Below the pieces are notes generated by a model. The model had not been told where the DNA came from. It worked only from the letters and a program-made list of their open reading frames with translations, and made no database searches. A program made the position numbers and the translations under genes. From Frankiales bacterium (GTDB taxonomy: Bacteria > Actinomycetota > Actinomycetes > Mycobacteriales > SCTD01), in assembly GCA_025464795.1 (NCBI GenBank), contig JAODNB010000031.1, forward strand, positions 1 through 39,657: DNA of 39,657 nt, given 5' to 3'. Positions 33,761 to 39,657 of this stretch are shown piece after piece; the stretch's first letter is position 1, and each line of letters opens with the position of its first letter.

Positions 33761-34195
33761 GTGACCTACTCTCCGGCGATGGACACCGTTCCCGGGCTGC
33801 TGCGCGACGTTCCCGCGTGGTTCTGGGACGTGCCCTACGTCAAGGACCGCTGGCCGGGCTCGGTCCCGCGGACGTCGTTGCGGGAGGGTGCCAACGACCA
33901 GCTGTTCGCCTACGAGGTGCTGTCCTGCTTCGGGTTCCGGATCCCGGACGTCCGGTCCGCGGAGCTGTGGCGCGACACCGAGGCAACAGTCGTCACGCTG
34001 TCTCCACGGCCGCTGGACCTCGTGCTGTTCCACGAGAAGGAGCAGGCGTGGGGTGCTCACGTCGGGGTCGTCGTCAGCGACAACGAGGTGCTCCACCTGT
34101 GCGCGGAGGAGGGCAAGCCGGCGGTGTGGACCTGGGCGGACTTCGCGGCGCGGCCGCACTACGCCCACCTCGTGGGCTACAAGCGCCCGCTCTAG
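33761..34195 (+). CDS. NlpC/P60-like small protein (possibly lacking the catalytic Cys)
   Basis: 144 aa. ...GANDQLFAYEVL...PLDLVLF...WGAHVGVV...VLHLCAEEGKP... resembles a small actinobacterial NlpC/P60 family as I recall it. The start is GTG 33761 or ATG 33779. Confidence 0.6.
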   Translation: MTYSPAMDTVPGLLRDVPAWFWDVPYVKDRWPGSVPRTSLREGANDQLFAYEVLSCFGFRIPDVRSAELWRDTEATVVTLSPRPLDLVLFHEKEQAWGAHVGVVVSDNEVLHLCAEEGKPAVWTWADFAARPHYAHLVGYKRPL

Positions 34196-35721
34196 CAGTG
34201 CCCTGACGGGGTGAGGCTGCTGGACAGGGTGACCCCTCCCGGTCGCGTGAACCGGATCCGCACGTGGTCGCCGCGCCTCTGCACGCACCCGGCCCCGCTC
34301 AGCGACAGCCAGCGCGACCAGGTGACCTTCACGTCGACGGTCGTCGCTCGGGAGGTCAGCAGCTGCAGCTCGGTCCGCGTCGAGGCGACGACCACGGCGG
34401 GTGCGCCCGCGATCGGTGTGGGGTGCGAGACGGCGAAGACCGTCCAGTCCGGGTCCCGCCACACCTCGTCCAGCCCTGGTACGGGATGCTTGAGCAGGGC
34501 CGCCTCGGTGGTGCTCCCGAAGTCGATGAGCCCGTGCCTGGGCACCGCGACGGTGTCGACGCCGTGCTCGTGCAGCCAGGCGACGTAGCCCTCCGCCGAC
34601 AGCTCCTTGTCGTAGAACAAGGGGTTCAGTTCCACGTCGATCTGGCGCGACCAGCCCCGGGCAAGCGGCACCCGCTCGGCAACCTTCCACGACTCCCGGT
34701 GGTTCAGTGGCGCGACGACCTCGGCCCGCATGCTGCCCCGGGCGACCAGCTCGGCGGTCACCGCGTCCGTGCTCGAACCGCTCAGGGCCTGAAGATCAGC
34801 GTGCGTCGGGTCGAGCTGCCAGACCAGGGAACCCACCACCGCAACGGCCAGCAGCACCCCACGAGCCTTGCTCGTCGCCAGGAGCAGCGTGGCGCCGAGC
34901 AGGATGCCGAGCCGCAGCACGTTGCTCCCGAACGGGTCGTCGGAGTTCACGAGGACGAGCACGGCAGCCGTCCAGAGCAGCGCCCCGGTACGCACCAGCT
35001 GGTCGCTCGTGAGGTAGGCAAGAGCGAGCCCGATGAGGACTGCAGGCACGGCGGACTGGGCGTCGAACGGCTGGACGCCACCGCCAGGGAACAGCACCGC
35101 GACGACGACCACCGGGATCGCGGAGGCGAAGCCCAGGGTCCAACCCCCCGGCCGCCGCTGCAGGACCAGCAGCGCCCCGACGAAGCCGAGGAAGGCGGCT
35201 GCCACGGGACTGAGCAACGCCGTGAGCACCGCCAGCAGAGCCGCCCAGGGCCGGGCGCGGAGGACGACCAGTGCGGCCAGCCCGGCGACCGCTCCGAGGG
35301 CGAAGGTGGTGCGGCCGCTCACGACGTTCGCCACCAGGAACACCGCGCCGAGCAGGCTCGCTGCCATCGGTCGCTCGCTGTCACGCAGCAGCCGGGCCAG
35401 CAGCACCGAACCGATGACCGCAGCGAGCAGGCCCGCCAAGGAGACACCGATCAGCGCCATCACCTCCGGCGCGAGCAGCGAGTAGCCGTAGGGATGGACC
35501 CCTGAGTACCAGCTCAGGTCGACCGGGGTGAACGGTGCTTCGCGGGCGAAGGAGGCTCGCGCCAGCTGCGCCGCCAGGTCGGTGCCGGACAGCCGAGCAA
35601 GCAGCAGGTGGAGCAGGCCGAGGACGAGGGCCAGCTCACCTGCCCTGCGTTCAGGCCGTGTCAGGGGGCGCAGCCTTCTTCGCAGGCCTCTTCCGCGGAG
35701 CGGGAGCCTTCTTTGGAGCAA
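34192..35721 (-). CDS. Polytopic membrane protein with C-terminal extracytoplasmic domain (GT-C-like architecture), unknown function
   Basis: About 9 hydrophobic helices followed by a ~220-aa soluble domain. TTG 35721 is the only canonical start upstream of the first helix, and it overlaps the upstream gene by 71 nt out of frame. Confidence 0.65.
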   Translation of the reverse strand: MLQRRLPLRGRGLRRRLRPLTRPERRAGELALVLGLLHLLLARLSGTDLAAQLARASFAREAPFTPVDLSWYSGVHPYGYSLLAPEVMALIGVSLAGLLAAVIGSVLLARLLRDSERPMAASLLGAVFLVANVVSGRTTFALGAVAGLAALVVLRARPWAALLAVLTALLSPVAAAFLGFVGALLVLQRRPGGWTLGFASAIPVVVVAVLFPGGGVQPFDAQSAVPAVLIGLALAYLTSDQLVRTGALLWTAAVLVLVNSDDPFGSNVLRLGILLGATLLLATSKARGVLLAVAVVGSLVWQLDPTHADLQALSGSSTDAVTAELVARGSMRAEVVAPLNHRESWKVAERVPLARGWSRQIDVELNPLFYDKELSAEGYVAWLHEHGVDTVAVPRHGLIDFGSTTEAALLKHPVPGLDEVWRDPDWTVFAVSHPTPIAGAPAVVVASTRTELQLLTSRATTVDVKVTWSRWLSLSGAGCVQRRGDHVRIRFTRPGGVTLSSSLTPSGHC

Positions 35722-36580
35722 CGGCCTTCGTGGGGGTCTCCGCGAGGAACGCGAGCAGCGTCTCGACCACGACCGAAGTGGCCTCCTCGAGCACGAAGTG
35801 ACCTGCGCCGGGGATGGTGACCATGTCGCACGTCGCGCCGAGGTCCTTCACGATCGACTCGCCCACGGAGATCGGCAGCGCCGGGTCCTTCGCTCCCCAG
35901 AAGACCAGCATCCGCTCGGCACTGACCCGCGGCTGGCTCGCGCTCTTGGTACGGGAGAGCGCCGCGACGACCCGCGGCCGCGCGGCCGCGCGGTAGTAGG
36001 CGAGCATGGCCCGCACGTGCCCTGGCTCGGTGTACGCGGCGGTGTACTCCGCCCGGACCTCGGGGTCCAGGGTCACCTCCTCGGACTTCCACGCATAGGC
36101 GAAGAACAGGTCCACGACCCGCCGGCCGCCGAGCTTGAAGACCAGCTCGGGCAGCGCCGGTAGGGCGAACAGCGGGATGTGGAAGGCCTTGAGCAGGTTG
36201 ACGTGGCGGTAGACCCCGTTCGACACGGCAAGCCGCCGGACGCGGTCCGGATGAGCTCCAGCGAGGCCGAGGGCGATCGAGGTGCCCCAGTCGTGACCGA
36301 CCACGTCCACCCGCTGGCCGGGCAGCTCCACGTCGAGCAGCGCGACGACCTGCGCGACGACGGAGGGCACGTCGAACGGGCCGCTGTAGGAAGACCCGCC
36401 GAGGCCCGGTAGGTCCGGCGCCAGCACCCGCCGTCCGGTCGCCAGCGCCGGTGCGATGTCGCGCCAGGCCGATGAGGTCTCCGGTACGCCGTGCAGCAGC
36501 AGGACGGGCGTGCCGTCGCCGGAGCCCTGCTCCCGCAGGAGGAAGCGGGTGTCGGCTGCGGGCACGTTGCGGGTGCTCAT
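35651..36580 (-). CDS. Alpha/beta hydrolase, epoxide hydrolase/haloalkane dehalogenase-like, with basic P/A/K-rich C-terminal tail
   Basis: ATG 36580. HGVPETSSAW (HGxP) motif, GHDWGT with an Asp nucleophile elbow, and C-terminal His (GAGHF). The tail is TPTKAVAPKKAPAPRKRPAKKAAPPDTA. Confidence 0.85.
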   Translation of the reverse strand: MSTRNVPAADTRFLLREQGSGDGTPVLLLHGVPETSSAWRDIAPALATGRRVLAPDLPGLGGSSYSGPFDVPSVVAQVVALLDVELPGQRVDVVGHDWGTSIALGLAGAHPDRVRRLAVSNGVYRHVNLLKAFHIPLFALPALPELVFKLGGRRVVDLFFAYAWKSEEVTLDPEVRAEYTAAYTEPGHVRAMLAYYRAAARPRVVAALSRTKSASQPRVSAERMLVFWGAKDPALPISVGESIVKDLGATCDMVTIPGAGHFVLEEATSVVVETLLAFLAETPTKAVAPKKAPAPRKRPAKKAAPPDTA

Positions 36581-36609
36581 GGAGTCCGGTCTCTCTTCTC
36601 TGCAAGGGT

Positions 36610-39600
36610 TCAGCCGTAGAACGTGCGCTCGACGACAAGACGGGCCTGCCGCGTCAGTCGTCGGTAGTCGTCCAGGAACTCGCCCTGGGCTCCCGCAGGG
36701 TAGCCAAGAGCCCGGGCCACCCCGGCGAGCTCGCGGCCGCTCGAGGGCAGGGAGGCCGTGGCCTTGCCTCGGACCAGCACCAGGGCGTCCCGGACCTTCG
36801 AGGTGAGCGTCCAGGCTCGTTCCAGGACGGCCGCGTCCTCCAGGTCGAGCCGGCCGGCGTGACCGGCCGCCCGCAGTGCCGGCACGGTCATGGGCGTGCG
36901 CAGCGTCGGCACCTCGAAGCCGTGCCGCAGCTGGAGCAGCTGGACCGTCCACTCGACGTCGGCGAGGCCCCCGATGCCGAGCTTCAGCGCCAGGGTCTTG
37001 TCGGTCCCCTTCGGCAGCCGCTCGGTCTCGACCCGTGCCTTGATGCGCCGGATCTCCATGAGCTGCTCGGTGCTCAGCCCGCCCTCCGGGTACCGGACCG
37101 GACCGATCGCCGCGAGGAAGCGCTCGGTCACGTCCGGGTCACCCGCGAGCGGCGCCGCCCGCAGCAGGGCCTGCGCCTCCCAGACGTGCGACCAGCGGGC
37201 GTAGTAGGCCGCGTAGGAGCCGAGGCTCCTCGTCAGCGGGCCCTGCCGGCCCTCCGGGCGCAGGTCCGCGTCGATCTCGAGGGGCAGGTCGGGGGCGGGC
37301 AGGGACAGCAGCCGGCGCAGCTCGTTCGCGAGGTCATGGGCGACGGCGGCCGCTTCGGACTCGGACGTGCCCGCGCGCGGCTCGTGCACGAAGAGCACAT
37401 CGGCGTCGCTGCCGTATCCCTGCTCCGACCCGCCCAACCGACCCATCGCGATCACGGCGAGCCGGACGGGCAGCTCCGTCCGGCGTTCGGCCTCGATCTT
37501 GCGGGTGGCCACCTCGAGGGCACCGGCGATGGTGGCTGCCGACACCGCCGACAGCGACTGCCCGACGGCCGGCGCCAGACCGAGCAGGTCTGCGCAGGCG
37601 ATCCGCAGCAGCTCGTGCCTCCGCAGGCTGCGCAACGAGACGGCGGTCGCCTCCCAGTCGTCGCGGCGTCGAGCCACCGCGAGGAAGGCCTGCTCGAGGC
37701 TCTCCCGGGAACGCGGCTTGAGGTCCTCGTCGCTTGCCAGCAGCCGCACTGCGTCCGGTGCCCGGACGAACAGGTCGGCGACGTAGCGCGACGACGACAG
37801 CAGCCGGGCCAGCCGCTCAGCGGCCTGCCCCTCGTCCCTCAGCAAGCGCAGGTACCAGGGCGTCGTGCCCAGTGCGTCGGAGACCTGCCGGAAGGACAGC
37901 AGGCCGCGGTCGGGGTCGGCCGCATCCGCGAACCAGCCGAGCATCGCGGGCAGGAGGGTCTGCTGGATCGCAGCCCTGCGGGAGACCCCTTCGGTGAGCG
38001 CCTCGAGGTGCCGCAGCGCAGTGCCGGCGTCGTCGAAACCGAGGGCAACCAGGCGCTCGCGGGCCGCCTGAGGTGTGAGCCGGGCGTCCGAGGCGGGCAG
38101 CCTGGCGACGGCAGCCAGAAGCGGCCGGTAGAAGAGCTTCTCGTGCAGCCGCCGGACCTCCTGGAAGTGCCCGTACCGCTCCCGGCGGAACATCGGCAGC
38201 ACGTCGCCCTTGTAGCCGACGGACTTCGCGAGCCGCTTCATGGCGACCTCGTCGTCGTCGGGAGGCAGCAGGTGGGTGCGCCGTAGGCGGTGCAGCTGCA
38301 ACCGGTGCTCGACCGTCCGCAGCCAGCGGTAGGCCTCGGACAGGTGCCGCGCGTCCTCCCGGCCGACGTACCCGCCGTCGGCCAGCTGCTCCAGGGCGAC
38401 CAGCGTCGTCCCCGACCGGACGGTGTCGTCCGTGCGCCCGTGCACCAGCTGCAGGAGCTGTACGGAGAACTCGACGTCGCGCAGTCCCCCCGGTCCGAGC
38501 TTGACCTCCCGCGAGGCGGTGTCTGCCCGCAGGGTCGACTCCACGCGTCGGCGCATGGCCTGCACGTCTTCGACGAAGCCCGGTCGCTCGCCCGCTGACC
38601 ACACGAGCGGTGCCAGTGAGTCGACGTAGTCCTGCCCGAGCGCGAGGTCGCCGGCGATCGGTCGGGCCTTCAGCAGGGCCTGGAACTCCCACGTCTTCGC
38701 CCACCGGGAGTAGTAGGCGAGGTGGCTCGCGAGCGTGCGCACCAGGGGGCCGGCCTTGCCCTCCGGACGCAACCCGGCGTCGACCGGCCAGGCGACCTCG
38801 GCGCAGACCTGCATCATCTTGCTCGCCACACCCGTCGCCGCCTGCAGGGCAGCCTGCTCGTCGGCACCGGCTCCCGGCTCCGCGACGAACACGACATCGA
38901 CGTCGCTGACGTAGTTGAGCTCGCGACCTCCGCACTTGCCCATCCCGACCACCGCGAGCCGGAACGGCGGCAGGTCGGCCGGCAGCGAAGCGAGGGCGAC
39001 GGCGAGCCCGGCGGAGACGGTGGCGCTGGCGAGGTCTGCCAGCTCCGCGGCGACGTCCTCGACGAGCATCGTCCCGGACAGGTCACGCGCGGCGAGGGCG
39101 AGCAGGCACCGGCGGTAGCCGAGCCGTAGCGAGGCGATGACGTCCGGCCCCGACCCGCGGGCCACGGCGCCACCGCTGCCCCACGGCAGCGGGCTGCCGG
39201 GCGGCGCCCCGACGGCGTCGAGCAGCTGCCACTGCAGGCCGAGCAACGACGGTCGGACGCTGGTCACGTCGTCGTCGCACAGGACGTACCAGTCCTCCGG
39301 GTTCTCCACGAGGTGGTCGCCGAGCGCGGCGCTGGTCCCGAGGACGCTGAGCAACCGACGTCGCAGCCCGTCACCCTCCCGCAGCCGCTGGAGCAGCTCC
39401 TCGGGATGTCGTACCGCTGCCAGGACGCGTGCCAGCGTCGCGGCGGCGAGGTCCGGATCAGCGGTCTCGGCGAGGGCCATCACGACGACTGCGGCCCCCG
39501 CGTCGACGGGCTCGCCCTGGTCCCACAGCCGCGCGTCCCGCAGGCTCGAAGCTGCCTGCTGGGTGTCCTGGAAGCCGAGCCGGACGAGTCGCCCGACCTC

Positions 39601-39621
39601 GCTGCCCCGCGGCTCGGTCAC
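36610..39621 (-). CDS. glnE: Bifunctional glutamine synthetase adenylyltransferase / adenylyl-removing enzyme
   Basis: About 1000 aa with two nucleotidyltransferase halves (..MGKCGGRELNYVSDVDVVFV.. and ..MGRLGGSEQGYGSDADVLFV..). Collinear with M. tuberculosis GlnE as I recall it. Likely start is GTG 39621; the open frame continues to the window edge. Confidence 0.95.
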   Translation of the reverse strand: MTEPRGSEVGRLVRLGFQDTQQAASSLRDARLWDQGEPVDAGAAVVVMALAETADPDLAAATLARVLAAVRHPEELLQRLREGDGLRRRLLSVLGTSAALGDHLVENPEDWYVLCDDDVTSVRPSLLGLQWQLLDAVGAPPGSPLPWGSGGAVARGSGPDVIASLRLGYRRCLLALAARDLSGTMLVEDVAAELADLASATVSAGLAVALASLPADLPPFRLAVVGMGKCGGRELNYVSDVDVVFVAEPGAGADEQAALQAATGVASKMMQVCAEVAWPVDAGLRPEGKAGPLVRTLASHLAYYSRWAKTWEFQALLKARPIAGDLALGQDYVDSLAPLVWSAGERPGFVEDVQAMRRRVESTLRADTASREVKLGPGGLRDVEFSVQLLQLVHGRTDDTVRSGTTLVALEQLADGGYVGREDARHLSEAYRWLRTVEHRLQLHRLRRTHLLPPDDDEVAMKRLAKSVGYKGDVLPMFRRERYGHFQEVRRLHEKLFYRPLLAAVARLPASDARLTPQAARERLVALGFDDAGTALRHLEALTEGVSRRAAIQQTLLPAMLGWFADAADPDRGLLSFRQVSDALGTTPWYLRLLRDEGQAAERLARLLSSSRYVADLFVRAPDAVRLLASDEDLKPRSRESLEQAFLAVARRRDDWEATAVSLRSLRRHELLRIACADLLGLAPAVGQSLSAVSAATIAGALEVATRKIEAERRTELPVRLAVIAMGRLGGSEQGYGSDADVLFVHEPRAGTSESEAAAVAHDLANELRRLLSLPAPDLPLEIDADLRPEGRQGPLTRSLGSYAAYYARWSHVWEAQALLRAAPLAGDPDVTERFLAAIGPVRYPEGGLSTEQLMEIRRIKARVETERLPKGTDKTLALKLGIGGLADVEWTVQLLQLRHGFEVPTLRTPMTVPALRAAGHAGRLDLEDAAVLERAWTLTSKVRDALVLVRGKATASLPSSGRELAGVARALGYPAGAQGEFLDDYRRLTRQARLVVERTFYG

Positions 39622-39657
39622 GCAGCCGCCTTCGCGCCGAGGTCCCGCCGCACACAA

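Noticed and set aside
36613-36626. TAGAACGTGCGCTC, which shares the left half (TAGAACGTG) of the KstR-type palindrome.
   Set aside because: There is no symmetric right half. It lies in the last codons of glnE (..ERTFYG*), so it is most likely coincidental.
1-39657. Search for rRNA, tRNA, CRISPR arrays, IS elements, integrases, prophage genes and long direct or tandem repeats.
   Set aside because: Coding density leaves no non-coding gap longer than about 160 bp. I saw no cloverleaf-like or repeat-spacer structure and no transposase, integrase or phage-like ORF. This was done by eye only, so short dispersed repeats could have been missed.

Overview
Very GC-rich (about 70% or higher), gene-dense chromosomal segment of actinobacterial type. 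I call about 43 protein-coding genes. I saw no rRNA, tRNA, CRISPR array, transposase/integrase or large repeat. The content is mostly redox, lipid/steroid and cell-envelope genes, ending in glnE. In order: (1) a dormancy-type module (PPOX, Acg-family nitroreductase-like protein, tandem USP) around a divergent promoter carrying GGGAC/GTCCC half-sites of DosR/DevR type. (2) An NMO + SDR pair behind a perfect 32-bp palindrome whose core matches the KstR operator pattern. (3) DUF899, two secreted wall-hydrolase-like proteins and a mycofactocin-type SDR/SnoaL operon. (4) A PIG-L/F420-PPOX/GntR operon. (5) A cyp142-like P450 fused by GTGA to its own TetR and divergent from a fadD19-like ligase. (6) A tightly coupled TetR-esterase-DUF3556-serine hydrolase operon. 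(7) A Zn-ADH/SDR/large flippase-like membrane protein with a degenerate kinase-like domain. (8) Two divergent KstD-family flavoprotein genes sharing a promoter that matches the KstR2 operator pattern at every constrained position; one heads an operon ending in a GH63-like glycosidase. (9) Patatin, tandem YbjQ, and several hypothetical or envelope genes. I found no obvious defence or mobile system. The most interesting signals are the three regulator-type cis-elements, the DUF3556 operon, two genes that seem to need non-canonical start codons (each 6 nt after a strong SD), and a few degenerate catalytic motifs. All family assignments come from reading the translated ORFs and recalling motifs; nothing was searched.
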